Source of the DNA: Podarcis melisellensis | Lineage: Eukaryota | Reading direction: 5' to 3' (one strand) | DNA length: 64,000 bases | NCBI GenBank assembly: GCA_964234715.1 | Contig: OZ174283.1 | Shown here: piece by piece, positions 50,312 to 63,495 of the stretch | Position numbering within the stretch: the first letter of the stretch is position 1 | Layout of the letters: each line of letters begins with the position of its first letter | The notes under the pieces: generated by a model | Database searches by the model: none | The model's input: the letters and a program-made list of their open reading frames with translations, nothing else | Told to the model about the DNA's origin: nothing | Made by a program: the position numbers and the translations under genes

Positions 50312-53300
50312 TCAATAATCTTTACCAAAGGGTCCCTTTGCCTCTCCCAAGAGAATTCTGAGTAGGCCCCCTCGGCTCTTGCTCTGTTTTGGCCTGGGTG
50401 TTATTTGGTATCTGCCTCATGGCCACAAACAAGCAGTACTTATGTGGCCAAAGTCTATTCAAGACTCTCAGGATAATTTACCGTACAAAAGACAAATTCT
50501 TCAGAGCAAAAGGGAGAAGATGATTTTCGTTCTTGAAATTCCCAGATGAGCAGGCTAAGCAAGATGCTGGAAGTATAGGAAGGAGTGGATATGATGCAAT
50601 TGCTAGGCAACTCCCAAGTACTGTCCCCTCACATGCTCATCCAGTTGGAGCCCAAGAGCAGTGTAGTCTTTCCTGGGTAGAAACACTGCCTGCAGTATAG
50701 CCCTGAGGTGTGCAGGCTTAAATGGGAATCCATTATGGTGTGAGATTCTACAGCCAGATGATACGTTTGCAGGAGAATCTCTGTGGCATGTGGGGCTTCT
50801 TGGCACTAAACTATTCCCCATGTGTTTGGCAGTGCCGCATATGTTTCTAGCTCTCTAACATCTTCTTTTTTGGCCAGATAAGTTTGTCTAAATCTGCAAA
50901 ATATTTAGTCTGTTTCTGATGAATAATTCAAAAAATACCTAAGGATGAATTGCTTGAAATGTCTATAAAGTGTATTTGCATAATATTCTCCCTTTTCGTT
51001 TTGGACCAACTGTCCAGTTTTATAGTGCACTTTGATCTTCTTGTTGTAAATGTTGTTTAAAGAATGTTTGGGCGGCATTCATTAAATTTAACTAGACATA
51101 AGATTAAGACTGTGGTGCAATGCAGTGAGGATGAAGTCATTATACCAGCTGGAACACAGTGGTTTAAAAGATATGATAGAGGGAGCTGTGTTGTATCAAG
51201 GCAATACTTGGTAGAAAAGAAAATTTGTAAAAGGAGTTTGGTGAGTGCTGGAAGCAATCAAGAATGAAAATGGATGGAATCCAAAACATGCCTACTTAAA
51301 ACTTTCTCTGTGGCTTAAGCAACAGCTCCAGCTATAAAGATAATCTGTTTGGTCTGGGAAAATGGCTTTTGTCCAGTTTTGTGCTTTTGTCTAAATAACT
51401 TAAGATCATCTTAAAAGCGGTGTTTGCTTTCCTCTGTTTTGACATTTCTTTTCATTCACTAAAAATTTTCCCAGTGCCTTATGTTACATTCTCAGTGATA
51501 AGCATGTCTAACTGGTAGAATTTCAGTGCCAGTTTGGCACTTTGAACTTGTGTCCTTATAGCATTCCACTGATGAGATTGTGATTTCCTAGAAGGTTTCT
51601 TGTTCTTGATAAATTACAAAAATTTGGGTCTTTTTTAGAGGTACCAGAAGGGAAGAATTTAAGTGTGATGTGTTCAGTGCAGGGGAGGGGAGGGCAGAAT
51701 ATTTATCCCTTTGAAATCCTATAGAAGACACTAACAATAATTGAATATTGAATTGAGCTCTAACTCATATATTTGGCTTGCGCTTTCCTGCCTGACTCAC
51801 ACGCTTTCACATTAAAAATAACTATGCACCCCAGATTCTGCAACCAAGACAGGACTGAATGGTTCAGCTCATATCAGATAATTTTGAGAGTGTGGGTGGG
51901 GGAATCATTTTCCTAATCTGGCCTGGGGGAAGAATGTACGTAGTTTGGAAAATCTGATCTGAAGTGATGCTTGAGAAACCGAGCTCAGAAGCCAGACCTT
52001 AAATGGGAGGGAAAAGGCAAGAAGACTTTGTTCCTACGTAACTTATCTTTCATTAATGTGCAGGGAAACTTGTGTATCACTGTGAATGCATGTGGTATGG
52101 AGAGGCTTATTGCTTCACTCCCCGCGCTGAGATAGGAGTGAGTATCTTCAGTACACAACCCTGATATGAGCCTTGGGGGGAGGAGTTCCCATTAGCAGTA
52201 ATGAAGAATTAAACCCCCCCCCTTAACTCATAGCCCCATAGCGACATCACACTACCTTCACAGTGAGATTTGAGCTCCTTTGCCCCTGTAAATTAGTTAA
52301 GGAAATGTTGCTGTTTGTTATTTAAGAGAACATTTATTTTGGTTAGTAGGACTCTGGGCTTGATGCTTTTCTGTGCTGGCAGCTTTGAACAAGCATACGA
52401 AGGAAGTATTTTAGTTAAGAGAATCTATGCTTTGCCAAATGATTTTTTTTTTAAATGCACATCAGGAGAACTGTGGGACCAACACTTGAAGGATACAAAT
52501 ATGATGCTTCCTTCAAGAGAAATCTTTAGGAATATGAAAAATGCAAGTATACAGATTAACTGAGAATTCATACCATCTGAGTGTTCCTATTTATCAGAGG
52601 TAGTTCTGGAAGCTGTCACTGATAAATCTTTGTACCTGTTTTGCCTCTTAAAGACCAGTTTTGAATAAAAAAATAGGATTCACCAGCTTTCTTTTCACTA
52701 TGTTAAGCAAACTGACAATTAAAATGAATTACTATGGGCAGTTTACTAATATATCCTCTTTCAGAAACCAGAGCACAACACCCTTTACAAAAGAAGATTA
52801 AAACCTACAGCTTGGCTTGCCAACTTTCCAGTTGGCCTCTATGGTTGTGCCTTTTTCAGCAGTGTAATCTGCAATGATCAGAAATGTGCTGTGATGAAGC
52901 CACTGTTAAAGAAGCAGCATAGCAGACAGAGATGAGACTTCATAAGTTTGTAATATTGGATCTTGGTGAGGCAACAGTACACTAGTATCTGTGAAAAGAG
53001 TATGGGTATGAGGTTTACCTATATCCAGATCAGAAAGAAGCATCATTGTTTGCTTCTAGTTTGATAAGAAAGATTTTAATGTCCAGAGGCTGAAAAAGCC
53101 AGCTATTTGTTTTGTTGGCTATATATCAAGCAAGATCTAAATGATTTCCCAGTGCATATGCCCTCGTTTAGGGAATCTGTGGTTATACAGAAATTGGTAC
53201 TATTCTCAGGTGGAGAGTTGGAATTGTAACATTGTGCCAAATTCCCATAAGCTGGCACTGCAGCACATGCATTCTCAAAACTCCCGTGGCAGCATATAAT

Positions 53301-54152
53301 TGTTTAGCATTTATGCAGCCATTAATATGACAATAGTTGTGAGCCTTCTCAGCATAAATGTAATCCTCCAAATGTCAAATCAATGCAGTGCTATCTCACT
53401 TGACTCAGTGATAAACTACATAGAATGCTGGGAATTATAATATTTGGAGGTGATGAGGTTCTACCCAGTTAGTGCTCTCTTCTAGTGTGTCCATGATTTG
53501 ACCATCTACTCTCTAAAGGGTTGTTGACAACCTCACATTATTTTACTCTGAATTAATTAGTCTGACATTATCATTACCTTTTGCTCTGTCTTCATACTCA
53601 CTAATGAATTTGGGCACTTTCTCAGACCATTTAATGCAGGTAAATTAACACCATAAGTCAATGTGTTCAAAAAAATGCATATGAACATACTTCTGTGCAT
53701 AGGGAGCAGTACTTAGAGGGTTCATTTAAAAAAGAAATTAGTTATATTTCACCCTCTCCAAAATGGAATTAATCCTTTTTCAGTTCAATTTATAGATTAA
53801 TTCATAATTCATTCACAAGATCCTCAGAACTTTTTCAGCCTTCAGAATTTTACAAGCTGCTCTTCTAAATTATATAATATACATTAAAAGGCTAAGAAAA
53901 CATTTTCTTATTTTTCCTAACAATAATGATTTTTAGAATTAAACGGTGGCATCACTTTTCAGATAGGTAAAAATGTAAACACAAGAACCACAATGGAACA
54001 GAAAGTTTCGTACAGTGCATGCTAATGGTAAATGGAGCCAGAGCAAAACTGGGTGAGGATATGCAGGCAAAAGGAGGCAGAGTTTTGAATGTGACTCTTA
54101 CTTTTGTACAGTTGGCTATTGTTCCAGCCACACAAGTGTCAGCAGTTTCAAT

Positions 54153-54172
54153 AGGGCAGGGTATAAATAAAT

Positions 54173-54212
<40 letters not shown>
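54153..54212 (+). repeat. (TAC)n microsatellite preceded by a retroposon tail
   Basis: GGGCAGGGTATAAATAAAT followed by (TAC)13. Confidence 0.85.
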
Positions 54213-55750
54213 GTGCTATAGAACCAGTACATCTTTCTGCCCTGTATCCAGGCAAACAAGATGCATTATCACAGTTAACTGACACACTGCAGCCAATCAA
54301 AGTATTTGAGGGTGCAAAGCAAAATGAGTGAGAGAGATGAACTGGAGAAAGTGAGTGTGGCCTGAGAAGATTCCAGAGGGCAGGATACACAGTCATGGAG
54401 GATGGCATTCAGCCCCCAGGTCTGAGGTTCCCCATCCCTCACATAGATATTCACAGTTAGTTCTGCAATATTGTCACTGGAGGGCAAGAAAATCATTATA
54501 CAATGTCATGGCAGCCAGGTAAAAGTCACTTCACACATATTTGTCTCTCCAGCTGCATTGTACCTGAAGCATCAAGCAAAGTAGAATCAGATGTACAGCC
54601 TGTGAAGAAGATTGCAAAGTTTGGCATCTGTTATGGCTAGGCAGAGTGAATATTTTCACCGATGACAGATTTGTTCTGACCTAATCTGTCAAAATCACTG
54701 TGCCTGTGTCGTTATTCACAGCTGGTGGGCAGTTTGTTTTTTTAATGTTTTACGTTCCTTACCGGCATTCTAGTGATTGCAACTAGAAACTATCACGTTT
54801 TGGTACACAGCAGCCCCTTTTGTCATAGACCATTTGATCAAAACCGTGCAGTTTGGTCTTGCAGACCAACATGGCCTACATATTGATATTCAATGTTCAC
54901 CTGCATCTATACAAGCTTTATAAAGGTATAACATATTTGAAGTTGGAAGAATAAGATGTTGCTCTATACCCGCTGTTTATGTTTTGTGTATGTATGTATT
55001 TCTAAAAAAGCAAGGATATTTTCAGCTAAAGAAAGAAAATTCATATTATTTCTACTCTAAAACCTATTTCCATTAACTAACATATAACACAGAAGCTATT
55101 TGAATATTTGCAACACCAAATGGTTATCACTCATTTGTGTTCTATTAATTTTTTGTTTGCGTTTATTTCTGTATTATTTTGTCATACTCTGAAATGATCC
55201 AGTTTTGTTTTTGCATTTCCTGAGAGCCTTTATTTTTACCCCTATGAAATGACAATTACCTAGTCTGTGAGATTCATTAGACTCTGTGTCTTGTGGAATT
55301 ATTTATTAGTAGGAAAATTAAGCATATGCTCATTATGTTGGCAGCTAGTTTAGCTTTAAACTCAGATGTTGTTGCCTGTAGTTAAAGCATATTGCATTAA
55401 TTCATAAATAATATTTTGAAGTTGAGCTACAAAAAACATAATCTGTCCATCTAGGTAGATAATTCTTACTCTTTCAAAATAAGCAACTAAAGTATTTACA
55501 CTAATAGCAATGCAAGCATTTTATGAAACTGGAGAGCTGGGCTGACAGTGAGATATGACAACCTAAATGTGCCAATTAGATCAGAAATTTCATCAAGAGT
55601 GCATAGAGAGCCAACCTGAGTCACAACTTTCCAGATTTCAGTTTTGAATTTAGTTTTAAATGCCAGGGCTGAATCCTTGCCCATGTGAAGCAATAAAAAC
55701 AGAGTGCCAATGAATATATTCAGACAGTATCTTATTCACCGCTAGTTAAG

Positions 55751-55818
55751 CCTGGCGTGCTGTGGTCCATGGGGTCACAAAGAGTCGGACACGACTAAAC
55801 GACTAAACAACAACAACA
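55751..55818 (+). mobile_element. BovB (RTE) extreme 3' fragment
   Basis: CCTGGCGTGCTGTGGTCCATGGGGTCACAAAGAGTCGGACACGACTAAACGACTAAAC(AAC)n; TSD AGTTAAG at 55744-55750 and 55819-55825. Confidence 0.92.
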
Positions 55819-56233
55819 AGTTAAGACATTGTACCCCAGTACACCTAGGATTATGGGACCATGTTCTGTTTTCTTGGTTTATCCAGGCTTTGCTATTGGA
55901 GCTTGGGTGGCCAAGGAATCTGTTCCTTCAGCAGTGAAACAGCTTGGACTGACAGCTGGAGACTATAGCCCTTCCTGGCTCTCTGCCAGATCTTGATCTG
56001 GGCAGATACTTACATTTAATTCCTCCTCCTCCCATGTAGACTCTCATGTACACTTTGTCAGTGGCCATGAAGCCTCTGCCTGCCTCACAGTCTCCTCTGC
56101 TCCTGTGACCCTGAAGGGGACAAATGGGAGTCCAAGGAACCCAGGCAATTCAGAATTGCCTGGAATGGTATCTTTCAGCCATCAGGGGTGTTAATCCTGT
56201 GAGGCCCTCCATCATAGGCTCATGTTGTATATA

Positions 56234-56456
56234 CAGTGGTACCTCGGGTTAAGTACTTAATTCGTTCCGGAGGTCCGTTCTTAACCTGAAAGTGTTCTTA
56301 ACCTGAAGCACCACTTTAGCTAATGGGGCCTCCTGCTGTCACCACGCCGCCGGAACACAATTTCTGTTCTCATCCTGAAGCAAAGTTCTTAACCTGAGGG
56401 TTAAGCGGGTTAGCAGAGTCTGTAACCTGAAGCAAATGTAACCCGAGGTACCACTG
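56234..56456 (-). mobile_element. Tc1/mariner-type MITE
   Basis: TA-CAGTGGTACCTCGGGTTA ... TAACCCGAGGTACCACTG-TA. Confidence 0.93.
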
Positions 56457-57223
56457 TATGTGTAAATAAATCATATGTCATACGGACACCATAGTCTCTG
56501 CTGTCCCTCATTCTTAGGAAACTGAACCCCAGGTAAGCGCCCAGAACCCCTGGAATATTGCACTGCTCAGAGATTGGGGTGGTGTGCAACAATATATAGT
56601 GAACTATAAGAACACTTTTACTTTCATAATTATTTTTCTGACATAAAAAAATTGTCCAGTAGCACCTTTTCTGATATGTTCAACTTTGGTGAAATTTTGT
56701 TCCTTCACTGTAATTTTTTAGGGTGCTTTCATTCATCATATGAATTGACTTTCTGTGACCAAAGTTGTTCTGTGTGAGAACAACTGTGTATATCACAAAA
56801 CAGATGGATCACTATAGTGATGCCTGGTATGTCAGCCTAAGACTGTAACTGACCCTTGTTATTTCTGAGAAAGCAAAAGGGAAATCTCTGCCTGAATTGG
56901 CCTGACGCAAAAAGGAGATACAGCACATGTCAGACCAGACCCTAAGTGGAATTCACCACACCTACTACAATGTCTCATAAAGACGCAGAGCATAGTTCTG
57001 CAAACAGTGAATCACTTCACAGACATGTTGTGATTCGCTTAAACACCAGAGCATGGTGCCAGCCAATGCTTATAAGATCAAGAAAAGAATTATATAGAGA
57101 TGTATGAAAAGCTTCGAAGAATTGAAACCCTGTTTTTAAAAAGAAAGGAAAAGAAAAGAAAAGCTGCCTTTGAAATGACTTCAGATTTTTTGCCTCAGTA
57201 GGACTTTTCAAATTTCCATAGTA

Positions 57224-57359
57224 CAGTGTTTCCCAACCTTGTGCCTCCAGCTGTTTTTGAACTACAACTCCCATCATCCCTGACTAGCAAGACCAGTGGC
57301 AAGGGATGATGGGAATTGTAGTCCAAAACTAGCTGGAGGCACAAGGTTGGGAAACACTG
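57224..57359. mobile_element. hAT (Charlie/Buster-type) MITE, 136 bp
   Basis: TIR CAGTGTTTCCCAACCTTGTGCCTCCAGCT/AGCTGGAGGCACAAGGTTGGGAAACACTG; TSD CCATAGTA at 57216-57223 and 57360-57367. Confidence 0.95.
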
Positions 57360-58042
57360 CCATAGTATACATTTGCCTTGCAACATTGGGAACAATCCTG
57401 ACATCACATCACAATCTTCCATCACTTTTCCTTTCATTCAAATCTAGTATTCCATCTCTCTGAATGATGTAAACTGCCTTCTGCTTTCTAGCACTCCAAC
57501 CTCCTTCCAGGGTCACTGAAGTTGGAGGTGGGGAGAACAGAACATCCCCCAGAGCCTCCACTCCAATTTCCCACCTAAATAAGGACCACAATGTTCTTAT
57601 CCACAAGACACCTGCTGTGTCAAATAATTTTGAGGCCTGCAAAAAAGTGATGCAGATAGATCAGCAAAGTCAGGAGGAAGAGACACTGAAAGTCCAGTTT
57701 GAAACCAGTACCAGTTGAAAGGGCAATCACCTTTCCGTCATTTAAAAGACTTCAGGTTTTCCCCCATGAATACCCTAGCAGCATATGGAGTTCTTATTAC
57801 GGAGCTGTCAATAAAGGCAAAATAGTGAGTGAAAAATCAAATGAAATAACCTGAAAATAGATTTTAAAAATGGGGAAATTAAGTTATGATGTCAAAATCC
57901 TGTCAGCCAGTGGGGTTGGGGGTTCAGTCTTTCTCTGGCATTACAGGTTTCAGCTAACTTTAAAATGCCTAAAAGTCCATAAAAATGCAAGTTATAGGGG
58001 AACCATATATAAAGTTATGGTTCCTTTTTTCTACAGCTATTA

Positions 58043-58760
58043 ACACACACACAGCTTTATTGCGGTCCATAGACCCAAAATACACAGTACAATAATAGAC
58101 TATATATTAATAGTTATTAAGGTGTAAGTTTGGCCTTGCTAGCCAGCAGGGGAGCTTTTAGTCTGTGCCTACTGATTTCTGATTTTTACTGCCTCTGAGA
58201 AGAATCTTGCTATAGCCAATGTAATAGTATCAATCCTATCCTCAGTGAGAACCTTGATATAAAAAGTATCAGCAATTCCAGGTTATTCTGTTAATATTGG
58301 ATTGATTAGATGCTGTCCAACCTGATTATACAGACAACAGTGTAATAAAATTTGTTTCATACATTCAACATCCTGGGAACATGGGCATAGCCTATCTTGG
58401 TATGGGACACCAGCCAATCTTCCCCTCAGCACTTCAGATGGTAAAACATTTAATCTGGTTTTAGAAAACAGATGACAATAGCTAGATATGGTCAAATTCT
58501 TAAGGTAGGGTGATAACAAAAACCTTGTAGGTAATGGATTCCTGACACAGATGGGCCACAGGTCACATGTGAGCAAGATCATAATCACTAAAGGCAGTAT
58601 CCCATAACATCTGTTTCACAGTTTTGAGGCCAGTATCATACCCCAGGTGGGAAGGAAAAGATGGTGAAAGACCTATTGAGGAGGCCTTACACACTATGGT
58701 TTTTGACCAGGATCTGTTGTACTTCTCATTTATCAAATGAAGGGCTATTAACTAAGTGTT
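58043..58760 (-). mobile_element. RTE-X-like LINE 3' fragment
   Basis: RLNVLPSEVLRGRLAGVPYQDRLCPCSQDVECMKQILLHCCLY (C-terminal Zn-knuckle region); 3' end GGTCTATGGACCGCAATAAAGC(TG)n. The clade call is from recall. Confidence 0.7.
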
Positions 58761-58856
58761 GGCAACACATTGAATTTTAAACTTCAGGTGAAATCCCAAT
58801 TGCAAAACATATATATGTAAGATCGACCACACATAAAACACCCATGCTTTCAGATT

Positions 58857-59378
58857 GTTATTGTTGTTTAGTCGTTTAATCATGTCCGACTCTTCGTGAC
58901 CCCATGGACCAGAGCACGCCAGGCACTCCTGTCTTCCACTGCCTCCCGCAGTTTGGTCAAACTCATGCTGGTAGCTTCGAGAACACTATCCAACCATCTC
59001 ATCCTCTGTCGTCCCCTTCTCCTTGTGCCCTCCATCTTTCCCAACATCAGGGTCTTTTCCAGGGAGTCTTCTCTTCTCATGAGGTGGCCAAAGTATTGTA
59101 GCCTCAGCTTCAGGACCTGTCCTTCCAGTGAGCACTCAGGGCTGATTTCCTTCAGAATGGATAGGTTTGATCTTCTTGCAGTTCAGGGGACTCTCAAGAG
59201 TCTCCTCCAGCACCATAATTCAAAAGCATCAATTCTTTGGCGATCAGCCTTCTTTATGGTCCAGCTCTCCCTTCCATACATCACTACTGGAAAAACCATA
59301 GCTTTAACTATACGGACCTTTGTTGGCAAGGTGATGTCTCTGCTTTTTAAGATGCTGTCTAGGTTTGTCATTGCTTTT
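58857..59378 (-). mobile_element. BovB (RTE) LINE, 5'-truncated
   Basis: MTNLDSILKSRDITLPTKVRIVKAMVFPVVMYG...; RREDSLEKTLMLGKMEGTRRRGRQRMRWLD; (AAC)n tail; TSD TTTCAGATT at 58848-58856 and 59376-59384. Confidence 0.96.
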
Positions 59379-60374
59379 CAGATTACCTCACTTCAACTCA
59401 AACAATGCTTCCCAATGGTGGCTGTTCAAATGAGGGAATTTTGAGTAGTGTTTTGATTTGTACTGTAAAACTAAACCACAGCTCATGTGTACTTCAGGGT
59501 AGTTGCTGAGTAACACTCATTAATTTCAAAGGAATTTTGAAGACTGCTTGAAGTACATGATGTGCAGATTATAGGCCAGGAAGCAGCTTGGGTTTTCTTC
59601 ACACAAGTGAACAACATGTGTACCCAAAGGAAGAATAGGCTGCAAAGGTAAAATACGTCCAGTCAGATAACAATCTATTATGGTAACTGTCCAATTGCTT
59701 GTCATATTAATAAGGGGGTTGCTTTAATTAAGCAATAAGACATGACAGGTGTGAATTACAATCTAATCATTTTTATTCAGGGTATTGTTAGGCAAGAGGC
59801 CAAAGGCCAAGTGCCATTCAGTGCGGGTGGCATAAATTATTGCTCGGTAATCTAAATGCAATATTGCAATTATGAAAAATGTTTTTTTTAATCTTTTTCA
59901 AATAAGAATGTAAAGAAATATTTATATAGGTTATATTTTTCACTGAAACTATGTGGTTCATTGTTCACCCATACACCTCTTTGAAGGCCTCTCATTTGTA
60001 AAGCCCTTAAAATTCATCTCAGGTCACAAAGAAAGTAACTTGTTTTAAAAACCTGCATTTTAAAAATCTCTCTTTCTAGCAGCATCAAAGGGGATGTCAA
60101 TGGGGAAAGAACTGAACAGCAGGAAAGAGAATGTTCCTACTGGTTTTATCTGCTACAGAGCCCTGAAGACAGTAAAACTTCAAATGGAGGCAATCATTTT
60201 GAAAAAAGTTTTGCGTTGATATAGTTTTGTCTCCTTCTACTCAGATAGGACTGACAACCCCAAAGCAGCTTCTCTTCCCCCACCCCACCCCACCTGTCAT
60301 GTATGGTGCACACCAACCTTTTTTCATTTACATGCAATCATTTAGGATATCTAGACAGTTTACCTTTTTTTGTT

Positions 60375-61780
60375 ATGAACTAACCTATTATCACATTTCC
60401 TGCTTTGGAACCCACTTTGATTTCATTCTTCATCTCAAGGTCACTCTTTGGAGGGTGGGCTGGTATCACCATCTGGCATCCACAATTCTGTGAAGGAGTC
60501 TGCTCCTTTGTGGGGTTCTCACTTGTTGACCGATATGCTCTCTTTGAAATGCAGCGTGACACCACTTACCACACACGCTTCCCTGTCATTCCTATTTTTA
60601 GAGATAATAGTGTCTCACTAGGTCCCTCCATTCAAGCTTCCATTATGCCCACTATATTTATGCTCTGCTTTGAAACCAAGCTCTACAGTGTCATCACCAT
60701 CACCATCACCTATAATAATACAGTGTCTCCCTCCAGAGGTCTCTGGCACGTGGATTGTACACTATGGGACTTGGGCTACTTTGAATTGTTATGATATGCC
60801 CCTGTACTTTCTTTATTCTACTCCTCTTCCATTTGGACAAGCAAAAACATTTTCGCAATATATCCTAACATTATATATCCAAAACTGGACCCTCCTCAGC
60901 TCCTGTTGGCTTTTCTCCAGCAATAAGCCTAAAAGCTGCTCTTTTTTTTTTTTTTATCTCAACAGCCTGCTTCCATTTCTGGTTCAAGTGGAGCCTGCTT
61001 TTTTTGCACAGGCCTGTCTTGTTGCAAAACATTCCCCAGTACCAGTAAATCCAAATAACTCTTCCTGACACCACTGTCTGATCCATTCATGTCAGGCTGG
61101 TTCTGTACAGGCAAAACTACATTGAACATCCTGGCTTTCAGCCTCTTATTTAGCAACCCAACTCTTTCTTCCAGGACGGTAGGGCAGGGCAGGGCAGGGC
61201 AGGGCATCATAACCACTGACTTATTCATGACCACTTACTCCTCCCCAGCTCTGTCTGTCAGGTTTTCTAGATGTCACATGATATCTGTATCTTTCATACA
61301 AGGCAGGCAAGTCATGATGCAGTCAGCATGCATTTCACAAACTCACCTATCAGTGTGCCTAATGACTGAATTATCTACTACAATAAGCCCTCCACCCCCA
61401 AATAGCATAGCTGCTCATCCCAAAAATAATTGGTTCCTTCTAAAGGATTATTTCCTTCTTCTTCTGAGTGTTACCATCCTTCCCCGAAGACACACTATAA
61501 GAGCAGATGAGATGCCACCTTGGCAGTGGAAAGCTGCTACTACATTCCTGAAGGTTTCATCCACCAATCTACCTGCCTCTCTCAGCTTCACCAAGTCAGT
61601 TACCTTAGCCTCAAGGAAAGAAATTGTGTTCCCTGAAGAGCATACAGCTAGTATTCAAAAGGCAGGTAGCTGTACATGTGCAACTCTGTACAACATACTG
61701 GACATTCTGCACACCCCTGCTGGATTTCTACCTGCATCCCTATTATTGTTGGTTGTTGATAATTTACTTTGAAGTTTGGG
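60375..61780 (-). mobile_element. Ancient CR1 LINE 5' half (ORF1 Zn-finger/esterase plus ORF2 endonuclease N-terminus)
   Basis: Minus-strand fragments: MQVEIQQGCAECPVCCTELHMYSYLP (ATG 61737), SLEAKVTDLVKLREAGRLVDETFRNVV, IVVDNSVIRHTDR..MTCLP, WIRQWCQEE..LHLNQK, then SINIVGIMEA, GVTLHFKES, SDLEMKNEIK..GNVIIG; many stops and frameshifts. Confidence 0.8.
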
Positions 61781-62564
61781 ATATGTTAGGTCAGAAGCAA
61801 GGAGGGCATAATCTGGCCTGGCCTTTCCCTGCTGCCCAATTTGCCCTGCTACCTAACTCCGTTCTTACCTTGTTGCTTCATTATTGAGGCCAATAATGCT
61901 GGGATTCCACTCTTGGTCATAGAGTTTGTATGATGACCAGGAAAACACCCCCTTAAATTAAGTTATGAAACACAATGGGTGATAAAGTGTGTGTAGTATA
62001 TGCTTTCATTCCGAAATAGGAATGCGATTAAGATTTGATTTGCAGTGACCTATCTTCTCACAAAAGAAGAAAGGAAAGGATTTGGATATGGAATCTAAAA
62101 ATAGTTACATGTTAATTTAATAACTAGGCAGGTTTTATTCCATCTGCCAAGAAGAATTTGAAAACCATTTCCTGCTGCCACTCACACTATGGAAATGTAA
62201 GACTTCTTCAGTGATGAAATCAAAGAGTCAATGATAAAGTCAGATGTTACAATTTATTTCCTAAGATTCATATCAGTTACCTTGTGCGGTGAGTTGTAAG
62301 AGGTTATTTAAAACGGTCTATTCAGAAGAATTGGATGTTTGTCTATTTTGCTTTATTATTAATGCCACACATAGAAGGGAACCAATAATATTTTTCCTGG
62401 CTGCATATCAACAACACCACAATTTTGGCAGGCCACCTGAGCTACTTTATACCCCAAATACATAAACTAGGTGCTCTGAATTCATATATTCTTTCCTGTC
62501 AGCTTGCTGGGGGGGGTCATATACCACCTATATAGCATTTTCAGAAATTTTTCTTTTAATATAT

Positions 62565-63495
62565 AGCAGGCCATAAATTTTTTATCTTTTTGCCACAATC
62601 TTTCCCAATCTTCCATCTAGTTTGAATACCCAAAGTCCTTTGCCCATTTAACCATCACATCTTTAATAACTTCATCCTTTAGTTCCCAATCCAACAATAA
62701 TCTCTAAGTTTTTGATAATTTTTATTTTATTTTATATTAATTCTTTTTCCAATTTCGACATCTCTTTTTCAAACCCAATTTTTCTGTCTAGTTTAAACAC
62801 ATCATTCAGTTGATGATACTGTAGTAGCCAATCCATACACAATGTCTTATCTCTTCAAATTTTTAAAATTTAAGATGATTATGTTCTTCAAACAGGATTT
62901 CTTTATAAATTGCCCAATTTGATTCTATTTCTTTTCTTTATCAAGAAGGCCTGTAGCGGTGACAACCACCAAGGTGTCTTTGGTTCCAACAAATTTCTAT
63001 ATCTGCCCCATACTGTGTATCAGGATTTCCAAATTATTTGATTTAGGAACCCCCTATGTACTTTCACTTTATTGTAACCCAAATACGTGTGCCTTCCATA
63101 ATCTGTTATCCCATCCTTCTATAGCCAATATATCTGTATTTTTCAGGGTCATCCATTCTTTTAACCAACACAAACATGATGCCTCGTAATAAAGCTTTAG
63201 GTTTGGCAAAGCGAAGCCCCCTTTTTCCTTTATATCCAATAGAAGTTTATATCTAATTTGGGGTTTCTTACCTTGCCAGATAAATTTAGATAGCTTCTTC
63301 TGCCAATGTTTAATGCATCCTGTCCCCCTATAATGGGGATCATTTAAAACAGGAATAACATTTTGGGTAACACATTCATTTTTATAGTAGAGCTTATTCC
63401 CCATAATGGCAAATTTAATCTCCAAATTTCCATGTCTTTCTTAATTTCTTTCCATATCCTCTCATAATTAGCCTTAAATAAATTCATATTTTTTG
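62565..63495 (-). mobile_element. L1-clade LINE ORF2 fragment
   Basis: NLFKANYERIWKEIKKDMEIW...KKLSKFIWQGKKPQIRYKLLLDIKEKGGFALPNLKLYYEASCLCWLKEW. Confidence 0.9.

Noticed and set aside
58896-59444. 182-aa + strand ORF
   Set aside because: Antisense of the BovB ORF
61089-61772. 227-aa ORF as a genuine gene
   Set aside because: No recognisable domain; antisense to decayed CR1 ORF1
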